Source: Candidatus Uhrbacteria bacterium
GTDB taxonomy: Bacteria; Patescibacteriota; Patescibacteriia; UBA9934
DNA length: 64,000 nucleotides
NCBI GenBank assembly: GCA_963822405.1
Contig: CAWGHH010000004.1
Location: forward strand, 70,226 to 134,225
Direction: 5' to 3'
This document shows positions 18,401 through 28,500 of the stretch, piece after piece. The first letter of the stretch is position 1, and every line of letters starts with the position of its first letter. Position numbers and translations under genes: made by a program. Below the pieces are notes generated by a model that worked only from the letters and a program-made list of their open reading frames with translations, was not told the DNA's origin and did not search any database.

Positions 18401-19442
18401 CGTAATTTGACGAAGTAAAAACAAGAGAAGAAGGCGAGACGCTTGCCTCCGTAGAGTCCGATACCGATACTGGGATAGTCACGTTCGCTGTTGGCTCACC
18501 ACGAAGTGCCACAGTAAATGTTGCAGTCGCACCAGCCTCTGTTACGTTATTGGATGCTTGAGTAATCGCAAACCCCGGTTCGCCAAAACGAATATTTGTA
18601 TTATTTCCGTTGTTAATACATTGAGAATAACAATGGATTTGGCTCGTTCCGATGTTATTCACATCCGTAACATGAGCCGCGAACATCGCAAGAGCTCCTT
18701 GAAAATCCACACTCGCCTGAACCCCAGAAGAGCTACTAACAATTGTCAGCTTATTATCAACGGGCACATTATGGGTGCTGGCTAAAAGTCGTGTTGTGCC
18801 GAGCACTGTCGTGGTAAGGGACGCCGGCAACGTCAACGTCACATCAAGATTTGTTGTTGTCGCAATGTATAAATCATTAAACGTCGTAGCACCGGAAAGC
18901 GTCGGAGTAGCTCCGCTTAACTGCACCGTTCCGCTATTGTGCGCAAACGTTCCCGCTGAATGCGTAAAATTTCCGCCTATCAGCGTCGTACCGGACGAAG
19001 CCGTAAATACACCGCCAGAAAGTAAAAAGTTTGTGCCAACGGTGAGCGATTGACTCGACGCACCGAACGAACCATCAGCCTGAGAGAATGCCGCACTCGT
19101 CGTAAGCGATCTCGCGAGAGTAACGGTTCCCGTGTAACCAGCATTAATACTGACACTCGTAACAGTGCTGGTAAAACTCGCATCAGCCGTTGCATCTTTC
19201 GTCGAGGTTCCATCAAATACAACAGCGTCACCTGCGCCCGGTTCTACATCCCCCACCCAATTAGCGTCCTCACTCCAATCATTCGTAGCTCCCCCACCGT
19301 CCCAAGTTATTGTAGCTGCGTGAGCAGGTCTCAACAGCAATGAAACAATCAATGTGGGCACTGTGATGGCAACGAGAATCGGTAAGATGATTCTGTGCAA
19401 TCTATGATTTGTAAAAAAACTTCGCCGGTTGTTACTTGGCAT
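15480..19442 (-). CDS. Giant secreted surface protein (~1320 aa) with beta-propeller-like repeats and Thr/Gly-rich beta-rich regions
   Basis: Signal peptide MPSNNRRSFF…LIVSLLLRPAHA at ATG 19440-19442. NHL/YVTN-like repeats (IWVVTYPSSKLVRINPTNG, RLWFADYDSNKLVAFDAGTG). Upstream in-frame extension rejected because it overlaps rarA. Confidence 0.7.
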   Translation of the reverse strand: MPSNNRRSFFTNHRLHRIILPILVAITVPTLIVSLLLRPAHAATITWDGGGATNDWSEDANWVGDVEPGAGDAVVFDGTSTKDATADASFTSTVTSVSINAGYTGTVTLARSLTTSAAFSQADGSFGASSQSLTVGTNFLLSGGVFTASSGTTLIGGNFTHSAGTFAHNSGTVQLSGATPTLSGATTFNDLYIATTTNLDVTLTLPASLTTTVLGTTRLLASTHNVPVDNKLTIVSSSSGVQASVDFQGALAMFAAHVTDVNNIGTSQIHCYSQCINNGNNTNIRFGEPGFAITQASNNVTEAGATATFTVALRGEPTANVTIPVSVSDSTEASVSPSSLVFTSSNYATPQTVTVTGVDDTADDGGIASSIILAVPTSTDTLYGVLNPVDVSLFTEDDDRDLMTVDFDNGAMLTEEDVKGTVAWFDRTNQGEGVFRTANGGSAVSLAGTKILPGCRVTVGGVDYRILRVDPITTGQVLLTDGITPPDQIYLTLVDATVTKIACTSELVDAAQLGGSTARISVGSLNLLSAGAGHGGILADETNGRIWLGNAGVPALVEVSMATGLEVARKSMTGSSYNFAIDPTRNRLWFADYDSNKLVAFDAGTGNYAFGTLGASSFSVSGHAWDVVYNPDLDEIWVVTYPSSKLVRINPTNGAVINTIVLGIEANGIVYDSVQHAVWISGGNTFSTALYKFSATTGTFANGTLSASTYPIPGYADSGDDSIRFDATNNIIWVLSAFEADGVDPLVKVDAATGNVLASYDTGTYAQGLDIDTVLGRVYVGYSPVELGPPGGESASLIVFDANTGDRLATYPMSSGLLQFALQSSDTFWSYNSYPTNELDQLIIGAAPAGKYYTTLTTASSNIDFTGTNRIGSATVSESLDGGNADYSISFDARQSFKVFGTSWRTIASSLATDHGGVNGNWYYRNDASVWTPAPTNTPAEAISLAVENGPTNNRMTGTVLGAVKRTNWSLTGGFMPTTSNIDLAVTLETDSVASHPAVDSVVFTLAGQGSSVSESPTDVSVVIANGVQCVSSSDVILTMRAANATAVSIDGGSFIPFVVDETVTVTTNSSGVFIRTMTLPWALSSGAGEKIVTVQFRSATGETSLAISDTVTLSVGCEISPGSGPIVEPPVVVPIVKQTFNNFIRTPDSSIVYFVDENDVRHSFITAVEFFTYAKDFSVVKVITNEKLLSYALGKPMPPKPGTVLLKTPGSTRVYAFDVEATIDNPIIHWVPTEELAAALFGAHWADYIIDLDPTSFGRLTVGTPLDGTSTVDTANLVKRADLAERIASFLRFTIQYIEGLVGWASPIPVFSNISRLFR

Positions 19443-19470
19443 ATTAGGCCAAGTATAGCAAACTCTGAGT

Positions 19471-20727
19471 ATGGATCTCTTTGAGACGCAACTTAAAACA
19501 AACCTTCCCTCTACTCCCCTGGCCGAACGGATGCGTCCGCGCACGCTTGAGGAATTCTTTGGGCAATCAAATATTGTCGGCGAAGGAAAATATTTGCGGC
19601 TCATGATCGAGCAGGACAATCTCCCATCACTCATCTTTTGGGGACCGCCAGGAGTTGGTAAGACCACGCTCGCCCAAATCATCGCCAAGATGACTAAGGC
19701 TCGCTTCCTGCCACTAAGCGCGGTATCAGGCGGAGTAAAGGATGTACGCGACGTCATCAAGGACGCGGAAGAACGCCGAAAGTTTTACGGCGAACGAACT
19801 ATTCTCTTTGTCGACGAAATCCACAGGTTCAACAAATCACAACAAGATGCATTCTTGCCTGCTGTCGAAAAAGGAATCATCACCCTTATCGGGGCAACCA
19901 CAGAAAATCCGTCTTTCGAAATCAATTCAGCGCTTCTCTCGCGTGCTCGAGTGATTGTACTTGAGCGACTCAATGAATCAGAACTCGAAAATGTTATCCG
20001 ACGAGCTATAACAGACAAAGAAAATGGCCTCGGCCAAGAACCAATTAGCGTAGACGACGAAACAATTACTGAGTTGGCTAATTTGGCGAATGGAGATGCA
20101 AGAAATGCACTGAATACATTGGAGATATCCACCAAAATATCCCCACTTGTGGATAATAAAATTGCCATTACTAAAGATGTGCTGGCTCAGGCGCTACAAC
20201 GCACGCATTTGTTTTATGATCGAGCCGGTGAAGAACACTACAACATTATTTCGGCGCTACATAAATCCATGCGTGGAAGTGATGCGAATGCTGCGCTGTA
20301 CTGGCTCGGCCGAATGCTTGAAGCCGGTGAAGATCCACTATACGTGGCTCGCCGACTTGTTAGATTCGCGTCAGAAGACATCGGTCTCGCCGATCCGCAA
20401 GCACTTGTCCAAGCAGTCACAGCATTTCAAGCCTCCCACATGCTTGGTCTACCAGAGTGCAATGTCATCCTAGCTCAATGCGTTGCATATTTGTCGAACG
20501 CCCCGAAATCTAACGCTCTTTACGAGGCATACGGTAAAGTCCAAGAAGATATCCGCAATCTCCCAAACGAACCAGTCCCTCTCCACATTCGCAATGCCCC
20601 GACTAAACTCATGAAAAATTTGGACTACGGCAAAGGCTACAAGTACACACCGACGTTCAAGAAAAAAGAAGACGCTAAACAAGACTATTTGCCGGAGAAA
20701 CTTAAAAAAAGAAAATATCTAACATAA
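19471..20727 (+). CDS. rarA: Replication-associated recombination protein A (AAA+ ATPase)
   Basis: GPPGVGKTTLAQIIA Walker A, ILFVDEIHRFNKSQQDAFLP Walker B and sensor. RarA/MgsA C-terminal region. Confidence 0.9.
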   Translation: MDLFETQLKTNLPSTPLAERMRPRTLEEFFGQSNIVGEGKYLRLMIEQDNLPSLIFWGPPGVGKTTLAQIIAKMTKARFLPLSAVSGGVKDVRDVIKDAEERRKFYGERTILFVDEIHRFNKSQQDAFLPAVEKGIITLIGATTENPSFEINSALLSRARVIVLERLNESELENVIRRAITDKENGLGQEPISVDDETITELANLANGDARNALNTLEISTKISPLVDNKIAITKDVLAQALQRTHLFYDRAGEEHYNIISALHKSMRGSDANAALYWLGRMLEAGEDPLYVARRLVRFASEDIGLADPQALVQAVTAFQASHMLGLPECNVILAQCVAYLSNAPKSNALYEAYGKVQEDIRNLPNEPVPLHIRNAPTKLMKNLDYGKGYKYTPTFKKKEDAKQDYLPEKLKKRKYLT

Positions 20728-20856
20728 TTTCTCTTTTATCCACACCTTCTACACTATTTAGCGAAAACTGTGCACATGCTTGAATAATAAGCAATTTTCT
20801 GCTACACTCCCGGTATCAGTCGGCACCCGCCAGCTGTAAACACGCAGGAGTTCACC

Positions 20857-21603
20857 ATGCGCACGATTTCAATCATCGTCGCTCTTTCACTCGTTATGTT
20901 CACGGGTTGCAAACCCGGAGGAATCTTCGGTGGCGATCAGCTCATGCTCCGCTACACCTTCATCGCGAACGGGGAATCTCGCGTGGTTCCGCTCAACGTG
21001 GAAGGCAAGACCCTTGGCAATACGGGAGAAGAAGATATTCCGGTCTCGTTCAAAGACCACGAGATCACCTTCGGAAATCCTGATAGCATCAAACAAACCG
21101 ATGCCTTCAGCGTTCCGATCGTCGAAATCGAGGAATCGGACGGAACCATCTCGCACTACATCCATGAACCCGTCGAGGTAACCGTCGAACCGTCTTCCGC
21201 CCGCGAAGACATGGGGCTCGACTCGGCGACTCCGCCCGTCGATACCGCCACTCCCGTGATCGACAACGGCCTCATCATCAGCACAGCAATCGGCAGTTTT
21301 CTCGCAGAAGGAATCTGGACGTGTCGAAGTGCCGATCAAACGGAAATCAGCACTACGGAAGTGTCATATCCCGACGCATCCACCGTCACTGTGCCCATAT
21401 TTGGCAATATGGCAATCGAAGATATCAGACTTCACCGTGCCGATAATGGAACAAATGAAGTTTTCGGAAACTTCTCAATACCGTTCCCCAACGTCACGGT
21501 TATCATGATCAACGTGAACCCGACCGACGGTAGTAATACCGAAGTTGGTCAGTATGATTGTTGGGCTGGACAACCTGCAGACAATCCGTGGGAAAACAGG
21601 TAA
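20857..21603 (+). CDS. Putative lipoprotein, hypothetical
   Basis: N-terminus MRTISIIVALSLVMFTGCKPGG carries a lipobox. Confidence 0.55.
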   Translation: MRTISIIVALSLVMFTGCKPGGIFGGDQLMLRYTFIANGESRVVPLNVEGKTLGNTGEEDIPVSFKDHEITFGNPDSIKQTDAFSVPIVEIEESDGTISHYIHEPVEVTVEPSSAREDMGLDSATPPVDTATPVIDNGLIISTAIGSFLAEGIWTCRSADQTEISTTEVSYPDASTVTVPIFGNMAIEDIRLHRADNGTNEVFGNFSIPFPNVTVIMINVNPTDGSNTEVGQYDCWAGQPADNPWENR

Positions 21604-21614
21604 TCCCACGCTTA

Positions 21615-21653
21615 GCCCCCCCCCTCGCGCGCCTGCGCGGGGGTCTTTTTTTA
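21615..21653. terminator. Rho-independent terminator after the lipoprotein gene
   Basis: GC-rich hairpin ccccTCGCGCgccTGCGCGgggg followed by tcttttttt. Confidence 0.6.
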
Positions 21654-21748
21654 ATCAAAAACTTAATCTAAAACATAGGGGATAAGCATAAAATTTCCTT
21701 CACCACCGATATATAATATAGAGAGGCGTGATGGCAGAAGAATAAAAC

Positions 21749-22261
21749 ATGAGTTTTCCCAATAGAACATTCAGGCTCGTCTGGAGCGTTTGTCTATTAA
21801 TCGGACTTTCATTTTCCGGTCTTTTAATTGCGCGCGCTACTACCCCAAATCCAGGACACGCTTGGTCAGGAGTTGGTGACGGACTTTTTGCTACTACGGG
21901 TCCAACTGTGCTTCGCACTTTTACCTTCCCGGATGCTGACGCCACCATCCTGACTTCGCTTACAACAGACTTTGGTGGTGCAAACTCAACCATGACCGTT
22001 TGTAACACGGCCACTTGTGACACTCTTTCTCTAGCCACGAACACTGATGCCGACACTGTTTCAATTGGCGATTCCTTAGACACTCTCAACTTTGCCGGCA
22101 CGACGGTTGCCACAACACTCACTACAACGAGCAGTGCTACTTTCGCTTCATCAACCACAAATAGCGACATACTGGCAATTAAGCCTCAATCTGGTACAGC
22201 TACAGCAACCTACACCGGAACAATCACTTCCGCGGATCTGGCGACTACTAATCGTACTTGA
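21749..22261 (+). CDS. Giant surface protein, N-terminal segment with signal peptide, ended by an in-frame TGA
   Basis: Signal peptide MSFPNRTFRLVWSVCLLIGLSFSGLLIARA. Sequence continues in the same frame after TGA 22259-22261 into the next segment. Confidence 0.7.
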   Translation: MSFPNRTFRLVWSVCLLIGLSFSGLLIARATTPNPGHAWSGVGDGLFATTGPTVLRTFTFPDADATILTSLTTDFGGANSTMTVCNTATCDTLSLATNTDADTVSIGDSLDTLNFAGTTVATTLTTTSSATFASSTTNSDILAIKPQSGTATATYTGTITSADLATTNRT

Positions 22262-24574
22262 ACCTTCCCAGATGCCACCGGTACAATCGCGCTGACCTCT
22301 GATCTCACATCTTCCGGCGGTTGGACAGATGGCGGAACGGACGTGCTCTTAACGACCTCGACGGATAACGTCGGCATAGGTGGCGCTTCTCTCGGCAAGT
22401 TATCAGTTGATGGCGACACTGACGAAATCCAACTCCTCATCCAAGGCAACGGAACGCAAACATCTAATCTCGCTGTCTTCGAAAATAGTTCCGGAACTGA
22501 TCTCGTGACCATCTCCAATACTGGACTACTCACTTCAAACTCATGGTCAGACAACACAAACACCATTTCTACATTTGGCGGGCGAACAACTTTTAGAAAA
22601 GCTTCGGCCGGAGTTACAGAATTTGTAGTTAGTCCGAGTGGATCACAAGCATATGACACTGCTGTGTTGAAAATTTCCGGCAGTGACTATGGCGCAGACC
22701 AAACAAACAATTGGGGTATGCTGTTTGATAACTTTGGCTCAAACGGAGCTACCGGATTCACTCTTTCAAACATGGCCAATGCCGGATTATTAACAATGTC
22801 TAATAGCGGAAGTACAACAGGCTATCATGACTTCGTTCTTGGTATTCAAAATGGAACAGGTGCCGAGTCAGCAGTAGTAGAAGGCATTCGTCTTGATTCA
22901 GCGGCTACACCAGCAGTAGACTTTTTCGTCGACAAAGTCATCATCACCTCTGGCACGGGAAACATTTCAACAACTGGTGACATCGCGGTAAACGGCGGAG
23001 ATGTAACCTCGACCAGCACTTTGAACCTAACATCAGCAACCTCAAGTGCGATCACCCTTGATTCTGGTACGACAGGTACGATCAACATCGGTACTGGAGC
23101 CTCCGGCAAGTCGATCAACATCGGCACGGACAACAGCAACGCCGATACGATTGGAATTGGTTCGGCTTTAGATACTTTGAGTATTGCCGCTACCACTTTT
23201 ACTACAACACTCACCACAACGAGCAGCGCCGCTTTTGCATCATCGACTACAAACAGTGACGTTATCGCCATTAAACCACAATCCGGCACAGCTACCACAA
23301 CCTATACTGGAACGATCACTTCAGCTGATCTTACAGCTGCCCGAACCTGGACATTGCCAGATGCCACCGGAACAATCGCGCTTACATCCGACATCGCTGG
23401 AGCCTTTGGCTGGACGGATGGCGGAACAGATGTAACGCTCACAACCTCTACAGATAATGTCGGAATCGGTGGCGCGTCACTCGGCAAACTATCAGTTGAC
23501 GGTGACACGGACGAGATCCAATTGTTAGTCCAAGGCAACGGAACGCAAACTTCTAATCTCGCTGTCTTCGAGAATAGTTCCGGCACGGATCTTGTCACCA
23601 TCTCAAATGCCGGCTTGCTCACCTCGAACTCATGGTCAGACAATACAAACACCATTTCTACTTTCGGTGGTCGCACAACCTTCAGAAAAGCTTCAGCTGG
23701 AGTAACGGAGTTTGTAGTCAGCCCAAGCGGAACACAGAGCTGGGACACTGCGGTACTAAAAATATCTGGAAGTGACTATGGCGCAGATCAAACAAACCAA
23801 TGGGGAATGCTTTTTGATAACTTCGGCTCAAGTGGAGCTGGTGGTTTTAGCCTTACCAACATGGCTTATGCGGGATTATTAACCATGTCCAACAGCGGAG
23901 GCACCACCGGCTACCATGACTTGGTCTTTGGTGTGCAAAATGGAACCGGCGCTGAGTCGGCAGTAGTCGAAGGCATCCGTCTTGATTCAGCGGCCACACC
24001 AGCCGTAAATTTCTTCGTCGATAAAGTCATCATCACTTCTGGTACAGGAGACATTTCAACTACTGGCGACATCGCAGTGAATGGAGGCGACGTGACATCA
24101 ACCGGCGCGCTCAATGTGACGTCTGCCACTTCGAACGCCTTGACACTCGATTCCGGCACGACGGGTACGGTCAATATCGGCACAGGAACTTCCGGTAAAA
24201 CAATCAACATCGGCACGAGCAACTCTAACGCTGACACCATCGCAATCGGTTCTGCGCTTGATACTCTCTCAATTTCTTCCTCTGCCTTTGCAGTCTCTAC
24301 CGCGGGCGTTGCCTCTGGACTCACCGGGCTTACCTCAACGGGAAACCTCACCTTCACCGGTGCAAATATTACTGGCGCTTCCCCACTTGTATTTGATGGG
24401 GCCACCGCTGATGCCGTGAAAACAACTTTTGCAATTACAGATCCAATACTCATCAGCAAAATCATAACGTTCCCTAACGCAACAGGCACCGTTGCTCTAA
24501 CGTCAGACTTAGCGATTGCTGGCGGTTCGAGCCGACGGCGGAACAGACATAACGCTCACAACCTCAACCGATAA
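22262..24574 (+). CDS. Giant surface protein, middle segment (same frame as 21749..22261)
   Basis: Continuous homology to tandem ~385-aa modules. Ends through a 1-nt frameshift near 24528. Confidence 0.65.
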   Translation, partial: TFPDATGTIALTSDLTSSGGWTDGGTDVLLTTSTDNVGIGGASLGKLSVDGDTDEIQLLIQGNGTQTSNLAVFENSSGTDLVTISNTGLLTSNSWSDNTNTISTFGGRTTFRKASAGVTEFVVSPSGSQAYDTAVLKISGSDYGADQTNNWGMLFDNFGSNGATGFTLSNMANAGLLTMSNSGSTTGYHDFVLGIQNGTGAESAVVEGIRLDSAATPAVDFFVDKVIITSGTGNISTTGDIAVNGGDVTSTSTLNLTSATSSAITLDSGTTGTINIGTGASGKSINIGTDNSNADTIGIGSALDTLSIAATTFTTTLTTTSSAAFASSTTNSDVIAIKPQSGTATTTYTGTITSADLTAARTWTLPDATGTIALTSDIAGAFGWTDGGTDVTLTTSTDNVGIGGASLGKLSVDGDTDEIQLLVQGNGTQTSNLAVFENSSGTDLVTISNAGLLTSNSWSDNTNTISTFGGRTTFRKASAGVTEFVVSPSGTQSWDTAVLKISGSDYGADQTNQWGMLFDNFGSSGAGGFSLTNMAYAGLLTMSNSGGTTGYHDLVFGVQNGTGAESAVVEGIRLDSAATPAVNFFVDKVIITSGTGDISTTGDIAVNGGDVTSTGALNVTSATSNALTLDSGTTGTVNIGTGTSGKTINIGTSNSNADTIAIGSALDTLSISSSAFAVSTAGVASGLTGLTSTGNLTFTGANITGASPLVFDGATADAVKTTFAITDPILISKIITFPNATGTVALTSDLAIAGGSSRRRNRHNAHNLNR

Positions 24575-25560
24575 CGTCGGGATCGGTGGCGCATCACTTG
24601 GCAAGTTATCCGTCGACGGCGACACTGACGAAATTCAATTGTTGATCCAAGGAAATGCCACCCAAACCTCTAACCTGGCGGTTTTCGAAACAAGCGCGGG
24701 CACTGACCTCTTTGCGATTTCAGGAGCGGGTGAATTAACACAAACCTACACCGGCGCAGGCAACGCATCTTCCATCACGTCCACCACTACTACCAATGGA
24801 TCTAAAGGCTTAATAGTATCAAATACTGGCGTTGTAACAGGGAGGGGTTACGCGGGATTCTTCTCTAAAACTGGAGCATCCACAACCAACGTTGGTCTTT
24901 ATGCCTCCGCCTCCGGGGCAACAGATAATTACGCGGCCATTTTTGACTCTGGGTACGTAGGAATCGGGACCACAAGTCCTATTGCAAAATTGAACATTCA
25001 GGGTTGGTGGGCTCAAACCCTAATGGACGGCGATAGCCTTGCCATAAGAAAACCAAACTACGCCGGTGGCGGATGGGCCAGAACTTTGATGGACTTCCAA
25101 GAATATGACGGCTCAACTCTAACAAGCATGGGAGCATTTGGCTCAAATAATACATTCGTTTACGGATATATTGGAGCTGCGTACAATGACACTACTTTCC
25201 AATGGTACCCAGATAAAAGCGTAGCCTTCAACGGTAGCGTCGGTATCGGCGACACCAGTCCGGCTGCCGCTTTCGTGGTTGGCAACGGAGACCTGTTCCA
25301 AGTAACTTCCGCCGGAATCATTGCCGCCGCCACCGGGATCACTTCAACGGGTAACGTCAACTTCACTGGAGCAATTCTTACCGGCGCTTCGCCGCTCTCT
25401 TTTGACGGTGCAACGGCAGGTGGCATCAAAACGATTTTTGCCATTACCGATCCTACCGTTGCAGATAAAACAATCACCTTCCCAAATGCCACCGGTACTG
25501 TTGCTCTGACTTCCGACCTAGCAATTGCCGGTGGTTGGACAGATGGCGGAACTGACGTAA
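22270..25560 (+). repeat. Three tandem ~1.1 kb near-identical coding modules within the giant surface gene
   Basis: Modules beginning WTDGGTDVTLTTSTDNVGIGGASLGKLSVDGDTDEIQLL recur at ~22320, ~23420 and ~25540 with high DNA identity. Confidence 0.75.
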
Positions 25561-28500
25561 CTCTCACAACCTCAACCGACAACGTCGGAGTAGGTGGTGC
25601 GTCGCTCGGCAAGCTATCAGTGGATGGTGATACTGATGAAATTCAATTTTTGGTACAAGGAAACGCGACTCAAAATGCGAACCTAGCTGTTTTTGAAAAT
25701 AGTTCAGGCACAGATCTAGTTACCATCGACAGCCTGGGAGCAATCGCTCAAACATACGCCGGCACTGCGTCAACCGCCACCACTATCTCCATGACCAACC
25801 TTACTTACGGCAGCGGACTACTAGTCATCGGAAGTGGAGCGGCGATGCAAAGTGGAGGGAATCTATTAAACCTCTCCATGGGTGCAGCCACCCAAGGACA
25901 GGCAATATCTATTGCCACTACCGGTATCTACACAGATACCTCTGGAGTCATAAACATGTTTGCAGGCTCTCTCACAAGTGGCATAGCAGAAAATATCGAA
26001 ATCAGCGGACTCACAACAGGCACAGGAATTAACGTTACTGGCGGCTACTCAATGGCGACTGGAAGCGAACTGTTAAATCTCAACATGGGCGCGGCAACTG
26101 CCGGAAACGGAGCTATCGTTACTACAACTGGCATCTATACAGGAACTGGACTTGCGACGCTCACCGCCAACTCCGCCACGACCGGCACGGGCGAAGCCAT
26201 CTCCATGACAGGTGTTACAACCGGTACCGGCCTTTCTATCACCGGCGGTTCGAGCATGACGACCAACGGCGAGTTGCTTGATCTCACAATGGGAACTGCC
26301 GCAGCTGGCAATGCGATCAATATTACCTCAACTGGAGTCTATACCGGCACTGGCATCATAAAAGCAAATGCTAACATCCTTACCTCGGGAACGCTCCTTG
26401 CCCTTTCTTCACCTAGTTCCGCTCAGTCCACAGCAATATTTCTTGACCTAGCTCAAACGGGGGTAACAACTGGTTTCAGTGGAAATCTAATCAATCTATC
26501 CTCTACCGCAACGACCGGTGCAGCAAAATTCATAAACTTAACAGCCGACTCTTCCACCGTCGGAATTGGAGAAAACATTTCCATGACCGGCCTCACCACA
26601 GGCACCGGTCTTTCTATTACCGGCGGATCAAGCATGACGGCTAATGGAGAACTCATCTACCTAAACACGAGCACAGCTGCTACCGGAAGCGCGATCAACA
26701 TAGACAACGCCGGAACTTACACCGGCACCGGTCTCATAGATCTCTCTGCAACCGGAATGACCACCGGTACCGGACTTGCCATCACCGCGGGTGGATTACT
26801 AGGCACCGGCGGAAGACTCACGGAACTTGACATGGGGACATCGACAGCTGGTAACGCGATCAATATAGACGCTATATCAAATTGGTATGAAGGCACCGGT
26901 CTGATAGCAATGACTGCCCCCTATTTAGATCAGGGCACGGCACTCTCCATAAACTCCGGCACAGTAGGTGACAATATGGCCGATGCTGGAGAACTAATTG
27001 ACCTCCAATTAGGTCCAAGCAGTATTGGACACGGAATAAAAATAACTGATAGTGGCGCATATACAGGAACTGGTCTTATCCTGATAACGGCCAACGGACT
27101 CACTACAGGTAAAGTCATCAACATTCCGCACACCACATCCGTCATTGCGTCCGGTGGTTCATTAATTAATCTTTCATCTACATCCATTGACACCGCTACA
27201 ACATCCGGCTCCCTTCTTAACCTATCCTCCACTGCATCTACAGCCGGCACACAATTCTTACAAACATATTCCGGACTGACCACTGGCATCGGACAAAGCA
27301 TAGTCAGCAACGCACTCACCTCCGGCAAACTTCTTTCATTAGCTTCCTCTTCAACAGGTCAAACAAGCGGAACTTTTCTTGATATCGCTCAAACTGGCGT
27401 TACAACAGGCTATACAGGAAACCTCCTGAACATCAGTTCCTCTAGCACGACGGGTGCTGCAAAATTCTTAAATATCCTCGCCGATGCGTCAACTGTGGGC
27501 ACCGGGATTGAACTCTCAATGGATGCGCTCACCACCGGAAAAGGAATCAACATAACCTCAACGAGCGCAGGACAAACATCAGCCAGTCTTCTGAATATCG
27601 CTCAAACCGGCGTAACTACTGGCTTCACGGGCAGCTTAGTCAACATCAGCTCGTCATCTACCACTGGCGCTGGATCAAAGTTTTTAAACATCGTTGCCGA
27701 TGCGTCAACAGTAGGTACAGGCATAAACCTCTCAATGGCGGCAATGACTTCTGGAGTTGGAATCTCCATCACCGGGAGCGGAGCGAGTATGTCAACTGGA
27801 AAACTAATCGATCTTCAACTGGGGGCCAATACTACAGGCAATGGCCTAGCCATAGTATCATCAGGTGCGTATTCCGGAGCAGGAATTATTTCGATCACCG
27901 CTGATAGCGCTACAAATGGGACAGGAGTTTATATATCGATGACCGGAAGAACGGGAGGTCAGGCACTCGCCATAATAGGAGGTACGGGTATGGCGAATGG
28001 TACATACTTAGCTAATCTTGACCTGGGCGCCGCAACAGCAGGGGCAGGGTTTATTGCACAAACTTCAGGAGCATACACAGGCACCGGACTTGGAATCATT
28101 TCAGCGCCGAACGCAACATCAGGAGAAATGCTCTTAATTTCCAGCAGCGGTCTCACCTCATCTGGACATGCTATTAGCATAGTTTCTGGATCGACCAGCG
28201 GAGGCATCATCATTGCAGGAAACGGCAATACTGCAACATCTATTGACGCGGATGGGCAGGTCAGAATTGGATTCTCTACAACGACTAGCTCTGTAGCGGT
28301 CTGTTCGACGCTCGGTGCCGGAGCCGCTCCGGTCTCCGGAACATCATATTTCCTTCGAGATTGTGCCGGAACAATCACCGCTGACTATGCTGAAATGTAC
28401 CCAGTAGAAACTGGAATTGAGTATGGAGATATTTTAACCACCGGCACAACTCCAATCAGCGTATACGCAGCACTCCCAGACGGTAGTGGCCTAGACCCGA

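Noticed and set aside
19443-19760. Upstream in-frame extension of the 15480 giant gene to 19760
   Set aside because: Overlaps the rarA coding region on the opposite strand. A clear signal peptide begins at the internal Met at 19442.
22259-22261. TGA aligned with a conserved Trp codon, which could suggest TGA is decoded as an amino acid (code 4 or 25)
   Set aside because: TGA terminates leuS (8757-8759), rnc (58734-58736) and the 1343..1669 ORF, each followed by a terminator or the next gene start. All Trp codons elsewhere are TGG. Standard code; the TGA is a nonsense lesion.
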